A stretch of DNA of 61,141 nucleotides from an uncultured Muribaculaceae bacterium (GTDB lineage: Bacteria > Bacillota_I > Bacilli_A > RF39 > UBA660), in contig CAYQJD010000002.1 of assembly GCA_964417835.1 (NCBI GenBank), forward strand, positions 1-61,141. Reading direction: 5' to 3'. Positions 41,057 to 51,560 of the stretch are shown here, piece by piece. Made by a program: the position numbers and the translations under genes. The notes beneath the pieces were generated by a model. It was not told where the DNA came from. It ran no database searches and saw nothing but the letters and a program-made list of their open reading frames with translations. Position 1 is the first letter of the stretch. The number at the start of each line of letters is the position of its first letter.

Positions 41057-41810
41057 ATCAAATGGAAAAATTTATTATTTTGATAAGAATAATATTTGTT
41101 TAAATAAAAATGATTATTGCATTGTCGAAACAGATAAAGGTTTACAATTTGCTAAAGTTGAAATGCTTAAATTAGATAATAACAAAATTAAAGATAAAGA
41201 AATAAAAAAAGTTATAAGAAAAGCAACTAAAAAGGATTATGATAAATATTTGGATAATTTAAAATCAGCAAAAATAGTTTTGAATGATACAAAACAAAAA
41301 ATTATTAGAGAAAGTCTTCCAATGCGAATTTTAGATACAAATTTTGCTTTTGATAAAAAACAGTTACTTATAAATTTTGTTGCAGATGAACGAGTAGACT
41401 TTAGAAATTTAGTAAAATATTTAGCATCAAAATATAAAACTCATATTGAACTGCATCAAATCGGCGTACGTGATAAAGCTAAAGAAATTGGTGGTATTGG
41501 ACAATGTGGATTAATGTTATGCTGTAAATCATTTAAGCGTGATTTAGATGTAATATCCATAAATATGGCAAAAAATCAAAACATTTCTTTGAATCCTACA
41601 AAGGTTAATGGGTCATGTGGGCGTCTATTATGTTGTTTAGCTTATGAGGATCAGTGTTATAGAGAAAATCGCAAACAATTACCTCAAATAAATGAAGAAG
41701 TAATTATAGATAATGAAAAATATAAAGTTGCTGAAGTTGATATATTAAATCGAGTAGTTAAAATTAAGAATAGTGAAAGAGAAAAAGTAATTGAATATGA
41801 TGTTAAATGA
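41031..41810 (+). CDS. ricT: PSP1-domain protein RicT/YaaT (stage 0 sporulation)
   Basis: 'GIGQCGLMLCC', 'GSCGRLLCCLAYE'. Start moved to 'MDLVGVTFK'. Confidence 0.9.
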   Translation: MDLVGVTFKSNGKIYYFDKNNICLNKNDYCIVETDKGLQFAKVEMLKLDNNKIKDKEIKKVIRKATKKDYDKYLDNLKSAKIVLNDTKQKIIRESLPMRILDTNFAFDKKQLLINFVADERVDFRNLVKYLASKYKTHIELHQIGVRDKAKEIGGIGQCGLMLCCKSFKRDLDVISINMAKNQNISLNPTKVNGSCGRLLCCLAYEDQCYRENRKQLPQINEEVIIDNEKYKVAEVDILNRVVKIKNSEREKVIEYDVK

Positions 41811-42477
41811 TTTACTAAATTATGACTTAAAGATATTTCAAAATGAAGATTATTTTAAATTTTCTATAGATTCTGTTTTATTAGCTGAGTTTGTTCAAAT
41901 CAATTTAAAATGTAAAAATATAATGGATTTGTGTACAGGAAATGCTCCGATACCTTTAATTTTGTCAAAAAGGTTTGATGGAAATATTTATGGTGTAGAA
42001 ATACAAAAATCTATATTTAATATGGCTTTGGAAAGTGTAAAAACAAATAATTTAAAAAACATAACTTTAATAAATAAAAATGCAAAAGAAATTATTACGA
42101 AATATAATAATTATTTTGATATTGTAACATGTAATCCACCTTATTTTAAAGTTGATGAATATTCTATTATTAATGAAGTTAAAGAAAAAGCCATAGCGAG
42201 ACATGAGTTAGAAATAACATTAGAAGAAATTATTCATATATCATCTAAGATATTGAAAAATAGAGGAAGTCTTTATTTGGTTTATAGACCTGATAGATTT
42301 ATTGAACTTATTAATTTATTAAAAAAATATAATTTTGGTATAAGAAGATTACAATTTGTTTATGATAATTATGATAGTGAATGCTGCTTTTTATTATTAC
42401 AAGCTAAACATAATTGTAAAGATGATTTAAAAATTATGAAACCATTTTATATAGATAAATATTTGGAGGAAAAATGA
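41791..42477 (+). CDS. tRNA (adenine-N6)-methyltransferase, YabB/TrmN6-like
   Basis: 'DLCTGNAPIP', 'CNPPYF'. Confidence 0.8.
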   Translation: MNMMLNDLLNYDLKIFQNEDYFKFSIDSVLLAEFVQINLKCKNIMDLCTGNAPIPLILSKRFDGNIYGVEIQKSIFNMALESVKTNNLKNITLINKNAKEIITKYNNYFDIVTCNPPYFKVDEYSIINEVKEKAIARHELEITLEEIIHISSKILKNRGSLYLVYRPDRFIELINLLKKYNFGIRRLQFVYDNYDSECCFLLLQAKHNCKDDLKIMKPFYIDKYLEEK

Positions 42478-43019
42478 AATTAATTATTGGTTTAGGCAAT
42501 CCTGGAAAAGAGTATTTTAATACGAGACATAATATAGGTTTTATGTTAATTGATAAATATTTAGGAAATGTACAATTTAAAGAAAAGTTTAATGGTCTAT
42601 ATCATGAATATAATAGTACTAATGAAAAAATAATATTTTTAAAACCGCAAACATATATGAATAATTCAGGGATTTGTATAAAAAAATTTATAGATTATTT
42701 TAACATTGATATAAAAAATATTATGGTTATACATGATGATAAGGATATAAAGTTAGGTAGTTATAAATTTAAATTTGATAGTAGTTCAGGAGGACACAAT
42801 GGGGTTAAATCTATTATAGATAATTTAAATACTAGTGCTTTTTTCAGATTAAAAATAGGGATTAATACTAAAGGAAACTTAAATACATCAGAATTTGTTT
42901 TAGGAAAATTTTCTAAAGATGAATTAGAATTAATAAATTTTGAATATTTATTAGAAGCTATAGATGATTTTATAAATAATGATTATTCGTATGTTATGAA
43001 TAAATATAATAGAAAGTGA
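42474..43019 (+). CDS. pth: Peptidyl-tRNA hydrolase
   Basis: 'GLGNPG..Y..TRHNIGF'. Confidence 0.95.
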   Translation: MKLIIGLGNPGKEYFNTRHNIGFMLIDKYLGNVQFKEKFNGLYHEYNSTNEKIIFLKPQTYMNNSGICIKKFIDYFNIDIKNIMVIHDDKDIKLGSYKFKFDSSSGGHNGVKSIIDNLNTSAFFRLKIGINTKGNLNTSEFVLGKFSKDELELINFEYLLEAIDDFINNDYSYVMNKYNRK

Positions 43020-46000
43020 TATTAATGTTTAAAAATTTGTTTGAATATAAGAATTTTAGTACAGTAACTGGATTAAATAAACCTCTAATGTGTGAATATA
43101 TATTAGGTTTTTTTGAAAGCAATGAAAAAAATGTTATAGTAGTAGCAGAATCATTATATGAAGCTAATCAATTGTATAAAGCTATGAATGGTATTTGTGA
43201 AAGAACATTTTTTTTTCCAATGGATGAATTTGTTTCATTAGCTTCAGTTTCAGAATCTCCAGATTTAAAAGTCTTAAGAATAGATACTTTAAATAAAGTA
43301 GAAGATAAAAAAAGTATTATCATAACGAATCTAACTGGTTTTTTAAAAAAAATAGATAAAAATATAGAAAAGCTTATTGTTAACTATAATACAGTTAGGC
43401 AAGATATAATTAATTTTTTGGAAAAAAATTCTTATATTAAAACCAATTTAGTTACTACTACAGGAGAATATGCTATACGAAATTTTATAATAGATATTTT
43501 TCCAATTAATTATAATAATCCTATAAGAATTGAATTTTTTGGTGATGAGATAGAGTCAATTAGATTTTTTGATGAAAATACTCAAATTTCTAATAAAAAA
43601 TGTAATGATGTTTTATTATATAGTTTTAATGATAATTCATCAAAAGAAAGTATAAATATTTATAGTAAATTAAATAATCCTATGGTATTTTTTTACGACT
43701 TTAAAAAAATAGAAAAGTCTTATAATAGTTTCAATAATTCTTCGGATTTTTTATCAATAAAAAATGACCGTAACTTATTGGTAGAATTTGATGATAATAA
43801 GATAAAGGATAAAATTTATTTAAATTCTCTTGATGATACACCTATAAAAGAAATATTAATTAAGTATATCTCACATAATATTATTAATTTTAATAATAAT
43901 TTTGAAAAATTAAAACAGTACATAGATGATAATATTGCAGAAAAAATAATAATTTTTATGATAAAAAACCCTTTATTAAAAAGTTTAATTATTCAAAAAT
44001 TTGGAAATTATTTGTCTTTTGGTACTTTTGAAAAGGGCAAAGTAAATTTTTTTGAAAGAGATATTGTATCAGGATTTATATTTAAAGATTATATTATTAT
44101 ATCTGACTATGATATTGAAAAGATTAATAAAAATATAAAATTTGTTAATCATTATAATATTGGTAGAAAAATAAAAGGGTTTGAAGATTTAAAATCGGGA
44201 GATTATGTTGTTCATATATCACATGGTATTGGACAATATAAGGGATTAGTAACTCTAGAAAATAACGGAATAAAGAAAGATTATTTATTAATTAATTATG
44301 AAGGTAATGATAAAATATATGTTCCTGCTCAAAAGATAGAAACAATATATAAATATTCTAGTAGTGAAGTTACAAATCCAAAACTAAATAGTTTGAATAG
44401 TCTATCCTGGGAAAAAACAAAAAATAAGGTTAGAAATAAAATAAAAGATATTTCTTCTGAATTAATAAAATTGTATGCAGAGAGAGAATTAGTAAAAGGT
44501 GAAAAATATATTGATTTTCCTGAAGAAGAAATTTTTGCAAATGATTTTGAATACGAAGAAACAGAAGATCAAGAAAAATGTATAAAAGAAATCTTGAGTG
44601 ATTTATGTAAATCTAAACCGATGGATAGATTATTATGTGGAGATGTAGGGTTTGGAAAGACAGAAGTTGCAATGAGAGCAATGTTTAAAACTGTTATTAA
44701 TAATCGGCAAGTGGCTTATTTATGCCCTACTACTATTTTATCTAAACAACAATATGAAAATTGTTTGAAACGTTTTAGACATTTTCCAGTTAATATTGTA
44801 TTATTAAACAGATTTACATCGATGAAGGAATTTGAAAGAATAAAAGAAGGATTAAATAAAGGTAATATTGATATAGTCGTTGGGACTCATAAACTTTTAA
44901 ATAAAGAAATCAGTTTTAAAAGATTAGGTTTATTGGTTATTGATGAGGAACAACGTTTTGGAGTAACACAAAAAGAAAAAATAAAGAATTTGAAAAAAAA
45001 TGTTAATGTTTTAACATTATCCGCTACACCTATTCCTAGAACAATGAAATTAGCTATGGGAGGCTTAAAAGATCTTTCTATATTAGATACTCCTCCAATA
45101 AACAGATATCCAGTACAAACTTATGTTATTGAAGAAAATGAGTATTTGTTAAAAGAAGCAATCTATAAGGAATTATCAAGAAATGGACAAGTTTATATTT
45201 TAAATAATAATATAGAAAGTTTACCAAATATATACGATAAAATAAAATTGCTTGTACCTGAAGCAAGAGTTTGCATAGCACATGGTAAGATGGATAAAGA
45301 TTCATTAAATAATGTTATAAGTGAATTTGTAGATGGTATATATGATGTTTTATTATGCACTACTATAATAGAAACTGGGATAGATATTCCAAATGTAAAT
45401 ACTATTATTATAAAAGATGCTGACAAATTTGGATTAAGTCAGTTATACCAAATAAGAGGACGTGTTGGCAGAAGCGATAAAATAGCTTATGCATATTTGT
45501 TATATAGTAAAGATAAAATGTTAAATGATATAGCTATCAAGAGATTAAAAACTATTAAAGAATTTACTGAATTAGGTAGTGGTTATAAAATTGCTATGAG
45601 AGATTTATCTATCAGAGGAGCAGGAGAACTATTAGGTAGTTCACAATCTGGTTTTATTAGTTCGATTGGAATTGATTTATATATGGATATGATAAATGAA
45701 GAAATATCAAAAATGCAGGGAAAAGAAAAAATAGAAGTCTCAAATACTGATAAATCTTTGTTAAATATAAGTACTACGATTCCTGTTGAATATGTTGATG
45801 ATGAGTCTTTGAGAATAGAAATTCATAAAATTATTAATAGTATTATTTCTAAAGAAACTTTTGAAAATGCTAAGAATGAATTAGAGGATAGATTTGGGAA
45901 GCTAAATAAAGATATTATTAATTATATGTATGAAGAATGGTTCCAAAGGGAAGCGGATTATTTAAAAATAGAAAATATAAGATACATATATAATAATGTT

Positions 46001-46207
46001 GAAATTGAATTGCCAGATACTCTTTCTAATAATATTGATGGAGAAAAATTGTTTTTTCAGATGTATAATATCAATCCAAAGTTTCAAATTAAATATGTTA
46101 ATAAAAGAATAAAAATATCTTTAAATATTTTTAATAGGAATACAGATTATGTTAAAGATTTATTAGATCTATTATTAACAGTAAAAAATTGTATAAAAGA
46201 ACCATAA
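43016..46207 (+). CDS. mfd: Transcription-repair coupling factor
   Basis: 'GDVGFGKTEVA', 'DEEQRFGV', 'LSATPIPRT', 'YQIRGRVGR', CarD-like 'GDYVVHISHGIGQY'. Confidence 0.95.
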   Translation: MILMFKNLFEYKNFSTVTGLNKPLMCEYILGFFESNEKNVIVVAESLYEANQLYKAMNGICERTFFFPMDEFVSLASVSESPDLKVLRIDTLNKVEDKKSIIITNLTGFLKKIDKNIEKLIVNYNTVRQDIINFLEKNSYIKTNLVTTTGEYAIRNFIIDIFPINYNNPIRIEFFGDEIESIRFFDENTQISNKKCNDVLLYSFNDNSSKESINIYSKLNNPMVFFYDFKKIEKSYNSFNNSSDFLSIKNDRNLLVEFDDNKIKDKIYLNSLDDTPIKEILIKYISHNIINFNNNFEKLKQYIDDNIAEKIIIFMIKNPLLKSLIIQKFGNYLSFGTFEKGKVNFFERDIVSGFIFKDYIIISDYDIEKINKNIKFVNHYNIGRKIKGFEDLKSGDYVVHISHGIGQYKGLVTLENNGIKKDYLLINYEGNDKIYVPAQKIETIYKYSSSEVTNPKLNSLNSLSWEKTKNKVRNKIKDISSELIKLYAERELVKGEKYIDFPEEEIFANDFEYEETEDQEKCIKEILSDLCKSKPMDRLLCGDVGFGKTEVAMRAMFKTVINNRQVAYLCPTTILSKQQYENCLKRFRHFPVNIVLLNRFTSMKEFERIKEGLNKGNIDIVVGTHKLLNKEISFKRLGLLVIDEEQRFGVTQKEKIKNLKKNVNVLTLSATPIPRTMKLAMGGLKDLSILDTPPINRYPVQTYVIEENEYLLKEAIYKELSRNGQVYILNNNIESLPNIYDKIKLLVPEARVCIAHGKMDKDSLNNVISEFVDGIYDVLLCTTIIETGIDIPNVNTIIIKDADKFGLSQLYQIRGRVGRSDKIAYAYLLYSKDKMLNDIAIKRLKTIKEFTELGSGYKIAMRDLSIRGAGELLGSSQSGFISSIGIDLYMDMINEEISKMQGKEKIEVSNTDKSLLNISTTIPVEYVDDESLRIEIHKIINSIISKETFENAKNELEDRFGKLNKDIINYMYEEWFQREADYLKIENIRYIYNNVEIELPDTLSNNIDGEKLFFQMYNINPKFQIKYVNKRIKISLNIFNRNTDYVKDLLDLLLTVKNCIKEP

Positions 46208-46235
46208 GTAAACATAATAATATTGGTGATAAAAC

Positions 46236-46727
46236 TTGAATAATACTTTTAAAAAAAGAATTGATGATTTAGGAAGAATAGTAATTCCTAAAGAAATAAG
46301 AAATGAATTTAAAATTAAAAATTTTGATGAAATAGAATTGTTTATAGATAATAATTTAATAGTGATGAGAAAATCAAATGAAATTGAAAGATACAAAGAA
46401 AAATTTAATAGTTTTTTTAGTTTGCTAAAAGAGTTAGTAGATATAGATTTTATTATTACTAATAATAGTCATGTAGTTTCTTCAACTTTAAATGATATAA
46501 AAGAAAATGATCTTTTAAATATTGATTTAAATAAAGTAAGTATTAATCAATTATTTGATGGTGATCTAGTTAAGTCTAAAAGGTTAAAAAAATATATATT
46601 TATAGAATCAATTATTGTTGAAAGTAATATGTTAGGATATTTTATTGTTTTAAAAGATACAGTTTTTTTGGATGAAATAACTTTCTTAAAAAAAGTAAAA
46701 AATACTATAATAAACTTGATTAATTAA
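46236..46727 (+). CDS. spoVT: Stage V sporulation protein T (AbrB-type N-domain + GAF-like)
   Basis: 'RIDDLGRIVIPKEIR'; synteny after mfd; non-ATG start. Confidence 0.8.
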   Translation: MNNTFKKRIDDLGRIVIPKEIRNEFKIKNFDEIELFIDNNLIVMRKSNEIERYKEKFNSFFSLLKELVDIDFIITNNSHVVSSTLNDIKENDLLNIDLNKVSINQLFDGDLVKSKRLKKYIFIESIIVESNMLGYFIVLKDTVFLDEITFLKKVKNTIINLIN

Positions 46728-46781
46728 CAAAACATGGAAAAGTGTTTTGTTTTATTATATAATCATATAGGTGATAAAAAT

Positions 46782-47531
46782 ATGTTTTCTGATACACATT
46801 GTCATATATTTAAAGAATATTATAATATTGAAAAAGTTATGGATGAATTAGATGATGTTATAAATGTAATTATTAATAATGCTGTTGATTATAAAACGTC
46901 GCTAGAAGTATTAGAATTAAGTAATAAATTTGATAAAATGTATTGTGCAATTGGTTTACATCCGCAGGAAAATTTCGATGATTTAGACAAAATAATTAAG
47001 TTAATAAAAGATAATCTTGATAATAAAAAATTAGTTGCGATTGGCGAAATTGGATTGGATTATTATAATTCAGTAAATAGTAAAGAAGATCAAATAAAAG
47101 TTTTTGAATCTCAATTAAAATTAGCAGAAGAATATAATATTCCAGTAATTATTCATTCTAGAGAATCCACCAAGGACACTTTGGAGATTTTAAAAAAATA
47201 CAAAGTAAAAGGGATAATTCATTGTTTTAATGGAAGTTTTGAAATTGGTAAAGAATATATAAAAATGGGATTCTTTTTAGGAATTAATGGGATTATAACA
47301 TTTAAAAATTGTAAATTAATAAATACTTTATCGAAACTAGGATTAGAAAAAATTGTTTTTGAAACTGATAGCCCATATTTAACACCAGAACCTAATAGAG
47401 GTAAAACTAATATTCCTAATAATATAAGGTATATAATATCTTATATTTCTAAGGAATTAAATATAGAGCCTTCTTTGATTATAAATAAATCAGAACAAAA
47501 TATAATGTCAATTTTGACAAAAAATTATTAA
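46782..47531 (+). CDS. tatD: TatD-family metal-dependent DNase/hydrolase
   Basis: 'FSDTHCH', 'IGEIGLDY', 'HSR', 'ETDSPYL'. Confidence 0.9.
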   Translation: MFSDTHCHIFKEYYNIEKVMDELDDVINVIINNAVDYKTSLEVLELSNKFDKMYCAIGLHPQENFDDLDKIIKLIKDNLDNKKLVAIGEIGLDYYNSVNSKEDQIKVFESQLKLAEEYNIPVIIHSRESTKDTLEILKKYKVKGIIHCFNGSFEIGKEYIKMGFFLGINGIITFKNCKLINTLSKLGLEKIVFETDSPYLTPEPNRGKTNIPNNIRYIISYISKELNIEPSLIINKSEQNIMSILTKNY

Positions 47532-47563
47532 CATGATATTATTTAGTTATTGAAGGTGATATT

Positions 47564-48091
47564 TTGAAACGTTTATTTAAAGTTTTTAAAATATTTATTA
47601 TAGCTATTTTGTTTTTTATAGTAAGTAAAATTGATGTTGAGAAATTTAATGATGTAGTTTATAATGACAATACAAATAAATTATTAGATTTAAATGCTAT
47701 GGCTATAAAATTAGAAGAAATAAGAATGAAAGATTTATATTATCCTTTAGATACATATGTCGGAAATTTGACAGCCTATAATGCAGACTGTCCATTATGT
47801 GGAGGGACTCTAGGATGTACTGGTCAAAATGTTTTAGATGGAACAACAACATATTATGATAAAGATTATGGTGAAGTTAGAATTTTTGCATCTTCCTCAA
47901 GCTTACAATGTGGTTCTATAGTTACTTATACTTTAAATGACAATAAAATAATAGGCATAGTTTTAGATAGAGGAGTAACAGGAACTAATCTTGATTTATT
48001 AGTTGAAAATACTGACGAGGCTTATGAAATTGGAAGAAGAAATATCACATATGATATATTAAGATTTGGATGGTCAAGAATAAATTCTTGA
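47564..48091 (+). CDS. Secreted 3D/DPBB-domain protein (YabE-like position)
   Basis: Signal/TM N-terminus; 'LTAYNADCPLCGG', 'GIVLDRGVTGTNLDLL'. Sits between tatD and ksgA as yabE does. Confidence 0.5.
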   Translation: MKRLFKVFKIFIIAILFFIVSKIDVEKFNDVVYNDNTNKLLDLNAMAIKLEEIRMKDLYYPLDTYVGNLTAYNADCPLCGGTLGCTGQNVLDGTTTYYDKDYGEVRIFASSSSLQCGSIVTYTLNDNKIIGIVLDRGVTGTNLDLLVENTDEAYEIGRRNITYDILRFGWSRINS

Positions 48092-48891
48092 CTTTTTTGG
48101 AGGAAAAATTGGAAAAATTTGAATTTAAAAAGCAATATGGACAAAATTTTTTAATTAATAATAATATTTTAGAAAAAATTGTAAATTTATTGGAAAATAA
48201 GAATGAAGATTTAGTATTGGAAATAGGCCCGGGGTCAGGGAATTTAACTAAAAAACTAATAGAGTATAATTATAATGTGCTTGCATTTGAAATTGATACT
48301 ACATTGGATAAATTCTTAAATAAAATAAATAGCGATAAATTAAAAGTAGTTTATAAAGATTTTTTAACTATAAATTTAGAAGATTATTTAGATAGAAATA
48401 AACAATTTGCTGTTGTAGCTAATATCCCTTATTATATTACTACACCAATTATCAATAAATTTTTGAAAAGTAATTATATACCAGAAGTTTTAATATTAAT
48501 GGTACAACAAGAAGTCGCTATCAGATTATGTGCGACTCCAAGTTCTAAAGATTATGGGGCTATAAGTGTACTACTTAATTATTTTTTTGAATGTAATTAT
48601 GAATTTACAGTTAATAGAAAAAATTTTTATCCTATTCCAAATGTAGATAGTGCTGTAATTATGCTAAAAAAGCGTAGCGAAAAAAAACAAATTAATAATT
48701 ATGATTTTTTTGAAAAATTAGTTTATCAATCATTTTCTATGAAGAGAAAAACAATAAAAAATAATTTGTATAATTATGATTTAGAAAAGATAGAAAAAAT
48801 CTTGAAAAAGAATTATTTGACTTTAAATAGTAGAGCAGAAGAAATTAGCTACGAGGTGTTTATAGAATTAGCAAATGAATTGTTTAAGTAA
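48070..48891 (+). CDS. rsmA: 16S rRNA dimethyladenosine transferase
   Basis: 'YGQNFL', 'EIGPGSGNLT', 'NIPYYITTP'. Confidence 0.93.
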   Translation: MVKNKFLTFLEEKLEKFEFKKQYGQNFLINNNILEKIVNLLENKNEDLVLEIGPGSGNLTKKLIEYNYNVLAFEIDTTLDKFLNKINSDKLKVVYKDFLTINLEDYLDRNKQFAVVANIPYYITTPIINKFLKSNYIPEVLILMVQQEVAIRLCATPSSKDYGAISVLLNYFFECNYEFTVNRKNFYPIPNVDSAVIMLKKRSEKKQINNYDFFEKLVYQSFSMKRKTIKNNLYNYDLEKIEKILKKNYLTLNSRAEEISYEVFIELANELFK

Positions 48892-48951
48892 TTTACTTTT
48901 TTATTGAAAATAACTAAATATTCTAGTAATATTTATTATGGGGAGTAATTT

Positions 48952-49986
48952 ATGGAAGAAGTAAGCTTATTTGTTCCCGGAAGAATTGGGATTATTGGTG
49001 AACTAAGTGATTTATCAGCATCATATTTAAAAGAAAATAAAAATTTATCGCCAGGAAAAATTATCGCTTGTTCTATAGATAAAGGTATATATTCAAAAAG
49101 TCGAAAATCAGATAAATTTAAGTATGTTTATGAAGATTTATATTTTGAAGTTGATTTAAATGAAAATGATCTTGAGATGTCGATTGTTAATGAACCATTT
49201 TTTTCGTATATTTGTGGGACTTTACTATATTTAGTACGTAAATATAATATAAATTTTGGTATTGACTTAAAAATTGAAAAAATGGATTTACCAATGAAAA
49301 AAGGATTGTCTTCCAGTGCTGCTATTTGCTTGACTATAGTCAAGTCATATAACATGTTATATGACTTAAATCTTAGTAATTGTGAGCTAATTGAAGTAGC
49401 CTATCAAGGGGAACATTTGGCAGGTTCATTTTGCGGTCTGTTAGATCAAAATAGCATTTTGAGTAAAAATTGCACATGTTTTAATTTTTATTCCGATAAA
49501 GTTGTTATGGAAGATGTTCATTTGAAAAAAGAATTACATTTGCTTATTGTAGATTTAAAAAGTTCTAAAAATACTAAATATATAATGAATTGTTTTAAAA
49601 AAGCATTGCCATTTCCTAAAAAAACTGATGATTATTTTTTGCACGATATCATTGGAACTAAAAATTTAAATATTGTTACTGATGCTGTTAATTATTTAGA
49701 ATCTGGGGATTTAGAAAATTTTGGAAAGTGTTTAAATTATTGTCAGGAGTTAATGGATAAAGCTAAGAATGTATGTAAAGAGTTTAAAGCACCAAATTTG
49801 CATTTGCTTTTGTCTGATGGATTTATAAAAAACATGATTTATGGTGGAAAAAGTATGGGATCAGGAGGCGATGGTAGCTTATTGTTAGTAGCGAAAAATA
49901 ATATGTATCAAAATATTTTAGAAGAGTATATTAAATGTGTTTACAATATGGAAAGTATTACTTTAAATATAAAAAATGAGGAGTAA
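48952..49986 (+). CDS. GHMP-family sugar kinase (galactokinase-like)
   Basis: 'PGRIGIIGELSDL', 'PMKKGLSSSAAI', 'CGLLDQ', 'GGKSMGSGGDGS'. Confidence 0.75.
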   Translation: MEEVSLFVPGRIGIIGELSDLSASYLKENKNLSPGKIIACSIDKGIYSKSRKSDKFKYVYEDLYFEVDLNENDLEMSIVNEPFFSYICGTLLYLVRKYNINFGIDLKIEKMDLPMKKGLSSSAAICLTIVKSYNMLYDLNLSNCELIEVAYQGEHLAGSFCGLLDQNSILSKNCTCFNFYSDKVVMEDVHLKKELHLLIVDLKSSKNTKYIMNCFKKALPFPKKTDDYFLHDIIGTKNLNIVTDAVNYLESGDLENFGKCLNYCQELMDKAKNVCKEFKAPNLHLLLSDGFIKNMIYGGKSMGSGGDGSLLLVAKNNMYQNILEEYIKCVYNMESITLNIKNEE

Positions 49987-49991
49987 GATTT

Positions 49992-51560
49992 ATGAAAAAG
50001 AAAAAAGTGGTAATAATTGGAGCTGGACCAGGAGGATTAACAAGTGCATATTATATATTAAAAAATAGTTCTGAATATGAAGTTACAATTTTAGAAAGTG
50101 AAAATATGGTTGGGGGTATTTCTAAAACAGTAAGTTTTGATGATTATAAAATTGATACCGGAATTCATAGATTTTTTACAAAAAATGAAGAGATTGAAAA
50201 TTTGTGGAAGGAATTATTGCCTTTACAGGGGAAGCCTGCTTATGATGACATAATTTTAAATAGAGAAAAAGATTTTGATACTACAGGTCCTGATCCAGAA
50301 AAAAGTAATGAATGTATGTTAATAAAAGATAGAGTTACTAGGATATTTTATGGGCGTAAGTTTTACGATTATCCTGTAAGCTTAAATATGACTACTATAA
50401 AAAATATGGGTTTTATAACTTTGTTTAAAGCTGCTTTTAGCTATTTAAAATCATGTTTTATAAAATTACCTAATACATCTTTAGAAAATTTTTATATAAA
50501 TAGGTTTGGAAAAGTTTTATATAGCATGTTCTTTGAAAGTTATACTGAGAAAGTTTGGGGAGTGCATCCAAGCAAAATTTCTTCAGATTGGGGAGCTCAA
50601 AGAGTAAAAGGGCTTTCAATATTTGCATTGATAAAAGATATTTTAAAAAAAACATTTAAAATAAAAAATAATAAGAATTCTGAAACTTCATTAATTGAAC
50701 ATTTTTGGTATCCAAAATTAGGATCAGGTCAAATTTATGAAGAAATGGCAAAAAAAATAACACAAATGGGTGGATGTATCCTATTAAATTCACGAGTAAA
50801 TAGTTTGACTTTAAAAGATGGTAAGATTAAAGAAATAGGATATATTACTAAAGGAGCTAAAAAATCTTTAAAAACTGATATATGTATTTCCTCTATGCCA
50901 ATAAAAAATTTAATAGAGAGTATAAATGGTACTAATGTACCAAAGAAAATTTATAATATTGCTACTAATTTGCCATATAGAGAGTTTATGTCTGTAGGAT
51001 TAGTAGTTAATGAATTAAATTTAAAAAATAATACCAATATAAAAACAATTAATAATATAGTCCCAGATTCATGGATATATGTACAAGAACCTGATGTAAA
51101 AATGGGGAGAATTCAAATTTTAAATAATTGGTCGCCTTATTTGTTTAAGAATAAAAAAAATATAGAGAATGAAGTATTAATTACATTAGAATATTTTTGT
51201 TCTGAAAATGATAAATATTGGAATATGAGTGATAAAGAATTTATAGATTTTGCTATAGATGAAGCGGTTAAAATAGGAATTATTAATGATAATTCAGTAA
51301 AATCTTCAGTAAGAATCAAAATACCAAAAGCATATCCTGCTTATTTTGGTACATATTCAGATATAGATAAAGTTGTAGATTATTTAAATTCTATAAGTAA
51401 TTTATATTGTATTGGTAGAAATGGACAACATCGTTATAATAACATGGATCATTCTATGTTAACAGGTATTGAGGCTGCTAGAGCTATTATTAAAGGGGAA
51501 AAAAATAAAGATGATATATGGAAAGTGAATACCGAAAAAGAATATCATGAAAAAAAATAA
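49992..51560 (+). CDS. FAD/NAD(P)-binding flavoprotein of the amine-oxidase / UDP-galactopyranose-mutase-like fold
   Basis: 'VVIIGAGPGGLTSAY...ILES....GG', C-terminal 'GRNGQHRYNNMDHSMLTG'. Confidence 0.7.
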   Translation: MKKKKVVIIGAGPGGLTSAYYILKNSSEYEVTILESENMVGGISKTVSFDDYKIDTGIHRFFTKNEEIENLWKELLPLQGKPAYDDIILNREKDFDTTGPDPEKSNECMLIKDRVTRIFYGRKFYDYPVSLNMTTIKNMGFITLFKAAFSYLKSCFIKLPNTSLENFYINRFGKVLYSMFFESYTEKVWGVHPSKISSDWGAQRVKGLSIFALIKDILKKTFKIKNNKNSETSLIEHFWYPKLGSGQIYEEMAKKITQMGGCILLNSRVNSLTLKDGKIKEIGYITKGAKKSLKTDICISSMPIKNLIESINGTNVPKKIYNIATNLPYREFMSVGLVVNELNLKNNTNIKTINNIVPDSWIYVQEPDVKMGRIQILNNWSPYLFKNKKNIENEVLITLEYFCSENDKYWNMSDKEFIDFAIDEAVKIGIINDNSVKSSVRIKIPKAYPAYFGTYSDIDKVVDYLNSISNLYCIGRNGQHRYNNMDHSMLTGIEAARAIIKGEKNKDDIWKVNTEKEYHEKK